64,000 nucleotides of DNA from Occultella glacieicola (GTDB taxonomy: Bacteria > Actinomycetota > Actinomycetes > Actinomycetales > Beutenbergiaceae): the NCBI RefSeq assembly GCF_004353825.1, contig NZ_SMNA01000010.1, positions 1-64,000 on the forward strand. Direction: 5' to 3'. Of the stretch, positions 30,068 to 39,243 are shown one piece after another. The notes beneath the pieces were generated by a model. It was not told the DNA's origin. It made no database searches and was given only the letters and a program-made list of their open reading frames with translations. The stretch's first letter is position 1. Every line of letters begins with the position of its first letter. The translations under genes were made by a program, and so were the position numbers.

Positions 30068-30150
30068 GCGAGGGCCCGCGCATCCCACCGGTGCGCGGGC
30101 CCTCGCGTTGCCGGACCGGCCCTCCGGTGACGCGCCGCGTGCGTCACCGG
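30068..30150. terminator. Two tandem GC-rich hairpins (terminator-like)
   Basis: 15-bp stem 30068-30082/30092-30106 and 10-bp stem 30124-30133/30141-30150. Confidence 0.75.
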
Positions 30151-30308
30151 CCGCCCAGGTCGACATGGCAACGTTTCACGTCAGCAATGAAATGACACAA
30201 CCTCGACGTCGATCGGGGTGGGGTCGGAAGGACCCTTGGCGAGCCGGCCCCCTCGGCTGAGGGTGCGGTGGTGGTTGCCACTTCAGCACTCTCGCCGGCC
30301 CGGCAGGC

Positions 30309-31163
30309 TCAGGGGGCGGTGACGAAGTCCACGAGCTCCTCGACGCGGCCGAGCAGGCTGGGCTCGAGGTCGCGATAGTCGCGGACGGTGCCAAGGATCC
30401 GCTTCCAGCCCCGGGCCACGTCCGCCTGGTCGGCCGCCGGCCAGCCGAGCTCGGCCAGGGTGCCGTACTTGATGTCAGTGCCGCGCGGGATGTGAGGCCA
30501 GCGCGTCAAGCCCACCCGGGCCGGGCGGACCGCCTGCCAGACGTCCACGTACGGGTGGCCCACCACGAGCACATGCTCGGCGCCGTACCGGCGCACGACC
30601 TCCGCGGCGATCCGGGTCTCCTTGCTGCCGGAGACCAGGTGGTCCACGAGCACGCCGACCCGGCGTCCCCGCCCGGGTCCGAACTCGGTGAGCATCTCGG
30701 CGAGGTTGTCGACGCCGTCGAGCAGTTCGACGACCACGCCCTCCAGGCGCAGGTCCTCGCCCCAGACCTTCTCGACGAGTTCGGCGTCGTGGCGGCCCTC
30801 CACCCAGATCCGGGAGGCCCGCGCCACGCGCGCCCGGGCACCGGGAACGGCGAGCGACCCGCTCGCGGTGCGCTGCGCCGTCGGGGGTGCCTGCGGCTTG
30901 CGGTAGGGGACCAGCCGGACCGGCTTGCCGTCCACCCAGAACCCCGCCCCGAGCGGAAAGGTGCGGGTGCGGCCGCGGTTGTCCTCGAGGACCACCACGT
31001 GGGTGCCGCCGCTCTTCTCGACCCGGACCACGGCGCCTACCCAACCGGTCTCGACGTCCTCGACCACGAGGCCGGGCTCGGCGGGCGTGTCCACGGTGCG
31101 GGGGGTACGCCCGGCGTGCGGGTCGCTGGACAGGACGTCGGCACCATAACGATCGGAACTCAC
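30309..31163 (-). CDS. DUF3097 family protein
   Basis: IWVEGRHDAELVEKVWG, GVLVDHLV, GHPYVDVWQAV; divergent from hrcA; TAACCT -10 box 7 nt before GTG. Confidence 0.88.
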   Translation of the reverse strand: MSSDRYGADVLSSDPHAGRTPRTVDTPAEPGLVVEDVETGWVGAVVRVEKSGGTHVVVLEDNRGRTRTFPLGAGFWVDGKPVRLVPYRKPQAPPTAQRTASGSLAVPGARARVARASRIWVEGRHDAELVEKVWGEDLRLEGVVVELLDGVDNLAEMLTEFGPGRGRRVGVLVDHLVSGSKETRIAAEVVRRYGAEHVLVVGHPYVDVWQAVRPARVGLTRWPHIPRGTDIKYGTLAELGWPAADQADVARGWKRILGTVRDYRDLEPSLLGRVEELVDFVTAP

Positions 31164-31215
31164 CCGAGCGAGGTTACGCACGCACCGCCGGGAGTTGTCG
31201 GAGCGACGCGTAGAA

Positions 31216-31242
31216 TTAGCACTCCAGGCACCAGAGTGCTGA
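31216..31242 (+). promoter_or_regulatory. CIRCE element (HrcA operator) overlapping the hrcA promoter
   Basis: TTAGCACTC-N9-GAGTGCTGA, one mismatch to consensus, abutting TAGAAT -10 box (31211-31216). Confidence 0.92.
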
Positions 31243-31292
31243 CAGATTGCTGACACGCTGTGCGGATCCAGTGGATCGGGAGGAGGACCCGG

Positions 31293-32321
31293 ATGAGTTC
31301 GGAGCGTCAACTCGACGTGTTGCGAGCGATCGTGCAGGACTACGTGCGCAGCCGGGAACCGGTCGGCTCACGCAACCTCGTCGAGCGACACAACCTCGGG
31401 GTGTCCCCGGCCACGATCCGCAACGACATGGCCGCGCTCGAGGACAGCGGGTACATCGCGCAACCGCACACGTCCGCCGGTCGGATCCCGACCGACAAGG
31501 GGTACCGGTTGTTCGTGGACCAGATCTCGGTGATGAAGCCGCTCTCGGCCGCCGAGCGCCGTGCGATCACCGAACTCCTCGAGGGGGCCCTCGACCTGGA
31601 CGACGCCCTCGAGCGCACCGTCCGCCTGCTCGCCCAGCTGACCCAGCAGGTCGCGGTCGTGCAGTACCCGTCGCTGCGACGCTCCACCCTGCGGCACGTG
31701 GAGCTCGTGCCCACGGGGGACCGGCGCGTGATGGTCGTGATCATCACGGACAACGGGCGGGTGGAGCAGCGCACCGTCGAGTCGCAGACCGACCTGGCCC
31801 CCACCTTCCTGGCCGAACTGCGGGCCCGCCTCAACGCGGCGGGGGTCGGCCGTCCCGCGGCGCGGCTGCCGAAGGTCCTCGGTGAGCTGGCCGAGGTGTT
31901 CGCCCCCGAGGACCGGTCGCTCGTGGACGCGGTCGCAAGCGCGGTGATCGAGGAGGTCTCCCAGGAGGCCGAGGAACGCATCGTGATGGCCGGCACCGCG
32001 AACCTCGCCCGGGCCGACCTGGACTTCACCCGCACCATCGGCCCGGTCCTGGAGGCCCTCGAGGAGCAGGTGGTGCTGCTCCGGCTGCTGTCCGAGATGG
32101 CCGAGGAGGACGGCGAGCGTCCGCTCGCGGTGCGGATCGGGCATGAGACACATCACGCCAACCTGGCCGAGACCTCCGTCATCGCCAGCGGTTACGGTGG
32201 GGAGGGTCCCGACGCGATCGCGCAGATCGGGATCGTCGGCCCCACTCGGATGGACTACCCGAACACGATGGCCTCGGTGCGAGCCGTGGCCCGCTACCTC
32301 ACCCGGCTGCTGTCCGGCTGA
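31293..32321 (+). CDS. hrcA: Heat-inducible transcription repressor HrcA
   Basis: [34 protein letters not shown]. Confidence 0.97.
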   Translation: MSSERQLDVLRAIVQDYVRSREPVGSRNLVERHNLGVSPATIRNDMAALEDSGYIAQPHTSAGRIPTDKGYRLFVDQISVMKPLSAAERRAITELLEGALDLDDALERTVRLLAQLTQQVAVVQYPSLRRSTLRHVELVPTGDRRVMVVIITDNGRVEQRTVESQTDLAPTFLAELRARLNAAGVGRPAARLPKVLGELAEVFAPEDRSLVDAVASAVIEEVSQEAEERIVMAGTANLARADLDFTRTIGPVLEALEEQVVLLRLLSEMAEEDGERPLAVRIGHETHHANLAETSVIASGYGGEGPDAIAQIGIVGPTRMDYPNTMASVRAVARYLTRLLSG

Positions 32322-32379
32322 CCCTCCGGCGGCCCTCGCCGCCCCGACCGTTCCGATCCCCAAGCGACGAAAGTGACCT

Positions 32380-33504
32380 GTGAGCGACTACTACGAGATC
32401 CTCGGTGTCTCCCGCGACGCGAGCACGGAGGAGATCAAGCGCGCGTATCGCAAGCTCGCCCGGCAGCATCACCCCGATGTGGCCGGCGTGGCCAGCGAGG
32501 AGAAGTTCAAGAACATCACCGCCGCGCACGACACCCTCTCCAACCCGGAGAAGCGTCGCGCCTACGACATGGGCGGCGGCATGCCCGGGATGGGTGGCGC
32601 CGGCGGGCCTGGGTTCGGTGGCTTCTCGGACATCTTCGAGACGTTCTTCCAGGCCGCGGCCGGCGGCACCGGCCAGCGCGGCCCGGCACCCCGCTCACGG
32701 CGCGGCCAGGACGCGCTGCTGCGCGTGAGCATCGACCTGTCCGAGGCCGCGTTCGGCGCAGCCCGGGACCTCGAGGTCGAGACCGCGGTGGTCTGCACCA
32801 CCTGCCAGGGCACCTGCTGCCAGCCGGGCACGCACCCGAAGACCTGCGACACCTGCCAGGGCCGCGGATCCGTTCAGCGGGTCGCCCGGTCCTTCCTGGG
32901 CCAGGTGATGACCACCGCCGCATGCGCCGTCTGCGGTGGTTACGGCACCATCATCACCGACCCGTGCATCGAGTGCTCCGGCGAGGGCCGGGTCCGCACC
33001 CGCCGCACCGTGCGCGTGAACATCCCCGCCGGTGTGGACGAGGGCACCCGGATCAAGCTGAGCGGGCAGAGCGAGGTCGGCCCGGCCGGTGGTCCCCCCG
33101 GGGACCTGTACGTGGAGATCCGTGAGAAGCCGCACCCGGTCTTCACCCGCCGCGGCGACGACATCCACTGCTCGACGGCGCTGCCCATGACCGCGGCCGC
33201 GCTGGGCACGGTGCTCAACCTGGACACCCTCGACGGCACGCAGGAGGTGGACATCCGCCCGGGTACCCAGCCGGAGGAGGTCGTCACGCTGCGTGGGCTC
33301 GGGGTCGGGCACCTGAACGGCAGCGGCCGCGGCGACCTGCACGTGCACGTGGACGTGGAGGTCCCCACCAAGCTCGACGACGACCAGGAGCAGCTCCTGC
33401 GCCAGCTCGCCACGGCCCGCGGCGAGGAGCGTCCCGAGGCCCGGCTCGCCCCGGCCAGCCCGGGCATGTTCTCCCGGCTGCGCGAGAAGTTCGGCGGCCG
33501 CTGA
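32380..33504 (+). CDS. dnaJ: Chaperone DnaJ (dnaJ2-type, hrcA-linked)
   Basis: J domain with HPD, four CxxCxG zinc motifs. Confidence 0.97.
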   Translation: MSDYYEILGVSRDASTEEIKRAYRKLARQHHPDVAGVASEEKFKNITAAHDTLSNPEKRRAYDMGGGMPGMGGAGGPGFGGFSDIFETFFQAAAGGTGQRGPAPRSRRGQDALLRVSIDLSEAAFGAARDLEVETAVVCTTCQGTCCQPGTHPKTCDTCQGRGSVQRVARSFLGQVMTTAACAVCGGYGTIITDPCIECSGEGRVRTRRTVRVNIPAGVDEGTRIKLSGQSEVGPAGGPPGDLYVEIREKPHPVFTRRGDDIHCSTALPMTAAALGTVLNLDTLDGTQEVDIRPGTQPEEVVTLRGLGVGHLNGSGRGDLHVHVDVEVPTKLDDDQEQLLRQLATARGEERPEARLAPASPGMFSRLREKFGGR

Positions 33505-33505
33505 C

Positions 33506-34288
33506 GTGTCCGCGGCGGTGTTCCTGGCACCGGCGGGTGAGCTGGACCTGCTCACCCCGGGTGCCCGGTACACGCTGGTCGGGCCCGAGGCCCGGCACGC
33601 CGCGACCGTCCGCCGCCTGCGCGCGGGGGAGGAGATCGAACTGGTCGACGGCGTGGGCGTGCGTGTGCGCGGCGCCGTCGCCGAGGTGGTCGGCGGGTCG
33701 GACGCCGCCGTGGTCCTCGAGGTCGACACGGTGGTCCGCGAGCCCGAGCCGGCCCCGGCGATCGTGCTGGTCCAGGCGCTCGCCAAGGGCTCCCGGGACG
33801 AGCTCGCCATCGAGGCCGGTACCGAGGTGGGGCTCGACGGCGTGATCCCCTGGCAGTCGGAGCGTTCGGTCTCCCATTGGCGTGGGGACAAGGCGACCAA
33901 GGGCCGGGCACGTTGGCAGCAGATCGTCGCCGCCGCCGCGAAGCAGTCCCGGCGGGCACGGGTTCCCGAGGTAGCGGAGCTGGTCGTCGGGGCGGCCGTC
34001 GTGGCCCGGGCCGGGCGGGCGGTCGCCGACGGCGGCGCGGTGCTGGTCCTGCACGAGAGCGCCACCGAAGCGATCGCTGACGTGCGCATCGGCGCCGACG
34101 CGCCGGAGGTGCTGCTCGTGGTCGGGCCCGAGGGTGGGCTCTCCGACGCCGAGGTGGCCGCGCTCGAGACCGCCGGAGCGCAGCCGGTGCGGCTCGGACC
34201 GCACGTGCTGCGCACCTCGACCGCGGGACCGGTCGCGGTGGCGGTGCTGGCGCAACGGCTCGGGCGTTGGGGCGCGGCCTCGGATTGA
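33506..34288 (+). CDS. rsmE: 16S rRNA m3U1498 methyltransferase
   Basis: HAATVRRL, KQSRR, VGPEGG, LRTSTAG. Confidence 0.95.
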   Translation: MSAAVFLAPAGELDLLTPGARYTLVGPEARHAATVRRLRAGEEIELVDGVGVRVRGAVAEVVGGSDAAVVLEVDTVVREPEPAPAIVLVQALAKGSRDELAIEAGTEVGLDGVIPWQSERSVSHWRGDKATKGRARWQQIVAAAAKQSRRARVPEVAELVVGAAVVARAGRAVADGGAVLVLHESATEAIADVRIGADAPEVLLVVGPEGGLSDAEVAALETAGAQPVRLGPHVLRTSTAGPVAVAVLAQRLGRWGAASD

Positions 34289-34318
34289 TCCCCCTCGCGA
34301 AGACCACTCGCGGTGACC

Positions 34319-34407
34319 TGCGTCGGTGACCCGTGTGGTGGGTCAGTGGCGCACGGCTTGATGGACGGCGGTTGCGTCGGTGACCCGTGTGGTGGGTCAG
34401 TGGCGCA
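34319..34407. repeat. Two identical 35-bp palindromic repeats with a 19-bp spacer (REP/BIME-like)
   Basis: TGCGTCGGTGACCCGTGTGGTGGGTCAGTGGCGCA at 34319-34353 and 34373-34407. Confidence 0.9.
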
Positions 34408-34419
34408 ACACGGGTGGCC

Positions 34420-34884
34420 CTACCCGTCCGGCCGGGCCAGGTTGATCGGGCCGGCGCCGGCCCGAGCAGCCGGTCGCGGAGTCGAGCGGGCGAGCAGCAG
34501 TCCGGTGACCGCTCCGGCGGCGGCGAGTGTGACCAGATCCACGACGTCGAAGTTCGCACCGAGGAGCAGCCGGGCGGGTGGGAGCGCCGCCGAGATCATG
34601 CCGGGCCCCGGCGTCAGTTGTGCGAGCTCGACGGCGCAGGCCGCGCCCGTGCCGACGGCCCCCGCCATGGCCGCCCACCAGCGTGGCCGGATCAGCGCGA
34701 CCAGCAGCACCGCCGCGACCGCGTACGCCGCCGTGCCGGCGAGGTCCGAGCCAGGCACGTCCCGCACGAGCTGCAGGGCGAGCCCCACGACGACGACCGC
34801 GGCCAGCGCGAGCGCGACCGGCCTGCGAGGGCGGGGTGGCGCGGCGGGGAGGTCGCCCGTGTGGGCGTCGGAGGGGCGGTCCAT
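34420..34884 (-). CDS. DUF2809-like small membrane protein
   Basis: AVELAQLT and LLLGANFDVVDL motifs; hydrophobic. Confidence 0.7.
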   Translation of the reverse strand: MDRPSDAHTGDLPAAPPRPRRPVALALAAVVVVGLALQLVRDVPGSDLAGTAAYAVAAVLLVALIRPRWWAAMAGAVGTGAACAVELAQLTPGPGMISAALPPARLLLGANFDVVDLVTLAAAGAVTGLLLARSTPRPAARAGAGPINLARPDG

Positions 34885-35025
34885 GGGCACGATCGAACCC
34901 CAGGTCCGCGCACCCCGGGGACGAGCCGGGCGGACTTCACCGGATCTGCCCAGCATCGGACGACTCTGCGCGCGTCAAGCACACGCGCGCCCAGCCGGGT
35001 CCGACCGCCGTCCCACGAGGAGACC

Positions 35026-35097
35026 CCGAGGAAGTCGCCGCGCCCTCGAAGCCGCGCATTCCCGAGGTCGGTCTCGACGCGGCCGCGACTTCCTCGG
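35026..35097. repeat. 72-bp element bounded by perfect 13-bp inverted repeats
   Basis: CCGAGGAAGTCGC (35026-35038) / GCGACTTCCTCGG (35085-35097). Confidence 0.75.
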
Positions 35098-35126
35098 CGC
35101 GGGAGAACGAGGGGTGGCGCGAGGAC

Positions 35127-35243
35127 GAGGGGCAGGGCGCGCGGGACACGAGTGGCAGGGCGCGGGAGCATGAGGGGCAGGACACGCGGGCATGAGCGGC
35201 AAGGCACGCGAGCGAGCGGCAGGGCATGGGAGCACGAGCGGCA
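35127..35243 (+). repeat. Degenerate ~22-bp tandem repeat, about 5.3 copies
   Basis: GAGNGGCA starts at 35127, 35150, 35172, 35194, 35214, 35236. Confidence 0.8.
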
Positions 35244-35315
35244 TCGTCGCCGGGTGGGCAGAACTCACCGACAGAGTTCGGAAATCCGAGGCCCGGATGC
35301 GGCATCATCGGGTCG

Positions 35316-36596
35316 GTGAACAACCCGCCAACCTTCCTGATCGTGATCGGCGTGCTGCTCCTGCTCGGGGCCGGCATCGGGATCTTCTTCTGGCGCCGCC
35401 GCGTCGGCTACATCAAGTCGCTGACCGACCGGGGCTGGGCGTTCGAGTCCAGTCCCACGCTCGCGATCGCGAACGGGCTGAACGTGCCGCCGTTCGGGCT
35501 GGGCTTCGACCGGAGCACCGACGAGCACATCGCCGGCGCCCGCAGCGGCGTCCCGTTCCAGGTGTTCGAGTACAAGTCCCAGGTCGGCAGGTTCCGGGTG
35601 GCGGCGATGCGGCTGCAGCTGCCGCTGCCGGAACTGTTCGTCACCACGGCCGGTGCCCGGCCGGGCGCGCAGGCGGCGCAGCAGCCCTCGACCGGGCAGT
35701 GGCACGTGCTCTGTGACGATCCCGGCTTCGCGCGGGCGTTCCAGTCCGCGGCCGGTGCGGCCGTCACCGCGTTCGCGCAGGCGAACGCGGGCATCGACCT
35801 CTCGGTCGACGGCGACCAGCTCGTGATCCTCGGTGCGCCGAAGGACGCCGCCGAGCTCGAGCGGTACCTGGACCTCATGGCGGAGATCGCCCGCGCGCTC
35901 GAGCCCGGTGCGCTGGCCTCGTTCCGGCGCCCGGCGCCGGAGCCGTGGGTCGGCTTCTACCGGCGCCCGCACTGGCGGTTCCGTGACCGCGACGACGCTC
36001 TGATGAATGTCGTGGAGGTGACCCGCGGCGGCCAGAACCACCGCATCGTTAATGTGGTCAGTTGCGACGTCGGGCCGCTGCCGTTCGTGGCGTTCAAGCA
36101 CCACTGGCAGACCACCCGGACCGTCACCAGCACCGACGCCAACGGCAACACCACCACCCGCACCGAGACCGACAACCACGAGGAGTCCATCTTCGAGATG
36201 AGCCTCGGGATCCCGACGCCCTACCTCGAGGTGACCGGCAACCGGGTCCTGGGCAAGTGGTTCGGACGGGGTGAGCGGGTGGAGTCCGAACTGGCCGCGT
36301 TCAACGAGCGGTTCGACGTGCGCTCCACCGTGCCGAAGTTCGCCTCCGACGTGATCCACCCGCGCCAGATCGAGTACCTGATGCAGACCCAGCCGGCGCC
36401 GTTCTCGATCGAGGGCGGCCGGATCCGGGTGGACGTGCCCGAGCACGACCTGCGGGTGATCGACCACACCGTCGCGGTGCTGCTCGGCTTCCTCGTGCGG
36501 ATCCCGGAGTTCGTCTGGCAGGACCTGGGCGTGGCGGTCCCCGACTTCGACGGCGACGGCCGCCCCGGCCCGACCCTCTACTCCAGCGCGACCTGA
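35316..36596 (+). CDS. Hypothetical membrane-anchored protein with apparent internal duplication
   Basis: N-terminal TM, high GC3; start set to GTG 35316. Confidence 0.8.
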   Translation: MNNPPTFLIVIGVLLLLGAGIGIFFWRRRVGYIKSLTDRGWAFESSPTLAIANGLNVPPFGLGFDRSTDEHIAGARSGVPFQVFEYKSQVGRFRVAAMRLQLPLPELFVTTAGARPGAQAAQQPSTGQWHVLCDDPGFARAFQSAAGAAVTAFAQANAGIDLSVDGDQLVILGAPKDAAELERYLDLMAEIARALEPGALASFRRPAPEPWVGFYRRPHWRFRDRDDALMNVVEVTRGGQNHRIVNVVSCDVGPLPFVAFKHHWQTTRTVTSTDANGNTTTRTETDNHEESIFEMSLGIPTPYLEVTGNRVLGKWFGRGERVESELAAFNERFDVRSTVPKFASDVIHPRQIEYLMQTQPAPFSIEGGRIRVDVPEHDLRVIDHTVAVLLGFLVRIPEFVWQDLGVAVPDFDGDGRPGPTLYSSAT

Positions 36597-36597
36597 C

Positions 36598-38151
36598 TCA
36601 TAGCATCTCGAGGAGCGCGTGCGCGGCGTTGTGCCCGCCGATCCCGCTCACCGCGCCGCCGCGCACGGCCCCACTGCCGGCGATCAGGACCCGCGGGTGC
36701 TCCGTGGCCACGCCCCACCGGTGCGCCGGTGAACCCGGGACCCCGGGCCGGCCGGATTCGAGCCACGGCCAGCTCAGGTCCCCGTGGAAGATGTTCCCGC
36801 CGGGCATGCCCAGTTCCTCCTCGATCTGCCCGGGGCTGCGGACCTCCACGCACGCAGCACCCGTGGCATCGCGCAGCAGGAGCGGCTCCAGCGGCTCCGC
36901 CAGGTGGGGTTCGATGCTGGCCAGGAACCGCCGCCAGGCGCGTTCGCGCAGCGCCTCGTCGGCGAGTCCCTCCTCGAGCTGATGCAGCCCGAAGTAGGTC
37001 AGCGTGTGCGCGCCGGAGGCGGCCAGGTCGGTGCCGAGGATCGAGGGGTCGGTCAGGGTATGGCAGTAGATCTCACCGGGGCAGGGAGTCCCGTCCTGCT
37101 CGACGGCGGCCCGTGGGTCCGCGGACATCGCCGCCTGGGCGGACTCCAGTTCGGTCATCGACTCGGCCAGGTGCAGGGTCCCGGCGAACGCGACCCTCGG
37201 GTCGATCCCGGACCGCAGCCGCGGCAAGCGTGACAGCACGAGGTTGATCTTCACCTGCGCGCCCTGCGGGCGCCCGCCCGGATCGTCGCCGAGCAGGCCG
37301 GCCAGCGTGTACGGCGCGACCGCGCCGAGTACCCAGTCGACCTCGAGAACCCCCGCGCCGGAGATCAGCCGGGCTCCGCCGTCGCCGGCCTCGACGGACC
37401 GGACCGACGCCCCGGTGACGATCCGGACCCCGGCCGCCCGCGCCACCCGCTCGAGCTCGGCGGTGACGGCGCCCATGCCGCCGACCGGCACCCGCCACTC
37501 GCCGCCGATCACGTGGTAGAGCCAGCACCGGTTCTGCCGCAGCGACGGCGAGTGCAGCGACGCGAACGTACCGATCAGCGCGTCGGTACCGACCACGCCG
37601 CGAACCAGGTCGTCGGTGAACGTGCGCTCCAGGGCGGACCCGATCGGGGCCTGCGTGAGGTCGGCCCACCAGGCCGGTCCGATCAGTGCTCGGGCGTGCT
37701 CGGCCGTCGGCAGCGGTTCGAGCAGGGTCGGCGCGAGCGCCTCGGCCAGGTCGTCGGCGCCGGCGTAGAACTCCTGCCACGCGTCGTACTCGGCGTCGGA
37801 GCCGGTCCGGGCCCGGAAGGACGCGGCGGTGGCCGGGCCCGGGCGGGTCTCGACGAGCAGCCCACCTGCGCCGTCGGGCCCGTCGTACGGGGTGTACGAC
37901 GCCGTCGGGCGCGACCGCAGGTCGAGGTCCAGCCCGAGGTCGGTCGCCAGGGCCGGCGGAAGCAGGCTGACCAGGTAGGAGAACCTGGACAGCCGGGCGT
38001 CCACCCCCGGGAACGGGCGGCCGCTGACGGCGGCGCCCCCGACGTGGTCAAGGCGCTCGAGGACGGTGACGTCGTGTCCCTCACGGGCCAGGTACGCGGC
38101 CGCCACGAGGGCATTGTGGCCGCCGCCGACGATCGCCACCCGGGTTGCCAT
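36598..38151 (-). CDS. Phytoene desaturase-like NAD(P)/FAD oxidoreductase
   Basis: IVGGGHNALVAA, GGAAVS, GGNIFHG, GGAVSGIGGHNAA. Confidence 0.88.
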   Translation of the reverse strand: MATRVAIVGGGHNALVAAAYLAREGHDVTVLERLDHVGGAAVSGRPFPGVDARLSRFSYLVSLLPPALATDLGLDLDLRSRPTASYTPYDGPDGAGGLLVETRPGPATAASFRARTGSDAEYDAWQEFYAGADDLAEALAPTLLEPLPTAEHARALIGPAWWADLTQAPIGSALERTFTDDLVRGVVGTDALIGTFASLHSPSLRQNRCWLYHVIGGEWRVPVGGMGAVTAELERVARAAGVRIVTGASVRSVEAGDGGARLISGAGVLEVDWVLGAVAPYTLAGLLGDDPGGRPQGAQVKINLVLSRLPRLRSGIDPRVAFAGTLHLAESMTELESAQAAMSADPRAAVEQDGTPCPGEIYCHTLTDPSILGTDLAASGAHTLTYFGLHQLEEGLADEALRERAWRRFLASIEPHLAEPLEPLLLRDATGAACVEVRSPGQIEEELGMPGGNIFHGDLSWPWLESGRPGVPGSPAHRWGVATEHPRVLIAGSGAVRGGAVSGIGGHNAAHALLEML

Positions 38152-38242
38152 GTCGGCAGCCTAATGTGGCGGATCTGACCGGGCACGCGCGGGCGCGAGG
38201 ACCTGTCGGTCAGGCGGTCCGGCCGGTTCTGCGCCCTGTTGG

Positions 38243-39043
38243 CTACTCGGGTCGACCGCTCCGGCGCCACTCGTACGGAGTCGTCGTGGACACCTTCACG
38301 AGGCCTGCCCGTTCCAGGATCGGCCGAGAGAACTCGGTGGAGTCGCTGTGGGCGAGCCGCTTGCCGCTGTTGATCGCCGAGCGTGCGCGTGCGGCCGTCA
38401 GGGCCCGGTAGATCCCGCGGCCCCGCCACTGCGGCCGGGTCGCGCCGCCCCAGATCCCCGCGAAGTCGGTCCCCGACACGGGCTCGAGCCGCCCGGCACA
38501 GACGATCACGCCGTCGGCCTCGGCCACCCACAGCTCCATGCCGTCCTCCAGTGCGAGGCGACGGAGAATGGCCACGGCTGACGTGTCCGACGGCGGGTCG
38601 CCGAAGACCTCGTCCTGCATGGCGCACATGGATCGGACGTCTGCTTCGCCGGTCACCCGGCGCAGCGTGACCCCGGCGGGAAGCGGCACGTCCACGACCA
38701 GGTCACGCAGCTCGCCGAGCATGATCGACTCCGGGTCGTCGGGGACGAACCCGTGTCCGACCAGGGCCTCGTGCAGTCCCGGCGCGTGGTCGTGGCCCCG
38801 GGTCTTCCACTCGACCCGGGTGATCGCGGGGTCGGCCCGGTAGTGGTCGAGGACCACGCCCACGACGTCACCGATCTCGCCGGGGTCGATGCCCTTGAGG
38901 TCGCGGTAGGAGACGAAGCCCCGACCGCCGATGAAGGTGGCCAGTCGCAGCGGGCCGTGCCGCTCGACCGTGACCGCACTGGGCGTCTCGGCGTCGGTAC
39001 GCAGCTGGTCGTCGTAGGCGGTGAGGAGTTCGGTGGGTGTCAC
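38243..39043 (-). CDS. GNAT family acetyltransferase
   Basis: WGGATRPQWRGRGIY motif A. Confidence 0.88.
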   Translation of the reverse strand: MTPTELLTAYDDQLRTDAETPSAVTVERHGPLRLATFIGGRGFVSYRDLKGIDPGEIGDVVGVVLDHYRADPAITRVEWKTRGHDHAPGLHEALVGHGFVPDDPESIMLGELRDLVVDVPLPAGVTLRRVTGEADVRSMCAMQDEVFGDPPSDTSAVAILRRLALEDGMELWVAEADGVIVCAGRLEPVSGTDFAGIWGGATRPQWRGRGIYRALTAARARSAINSGKRLAHSDSTEFSRPILERAGLVKVSTTTPYEWRRSGRPE

Positions 39044-39243
39044 CCGGGCATCCTGCCGGGACACCGGTCGGCGGGCGAGGTGATTTGCGGATCGGCGACG
39101 TGGCCGCATCCCGCTGCGGACGCGACGCCGCGCACGGCTCGATATCCAGGTTCGCCTCGGACCCCACCCGGCTAGGATCGATCCAGACGGGTGCGCGCCG
39201 CGCACCGCGACCGGAAGGAAGCACGGGCCACCGAGCCCCGCTC

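Noticed and set aside
30283..30291. Second CIRCE (TCAGCACTC)
   Set aside because: Half-site only, with no matching arm 9 nt downstream and not in a promoter position
34319..34407. CRISPR array
   Set aside because: Only two repeats, 19-nt spacer, no leader or cas genes; kept as a REP-like repeat
36598..38151. Carotenoid biosynthesis gene crtI
   Set aside because: Only family-level similarity and no crtB/crtE neighbours
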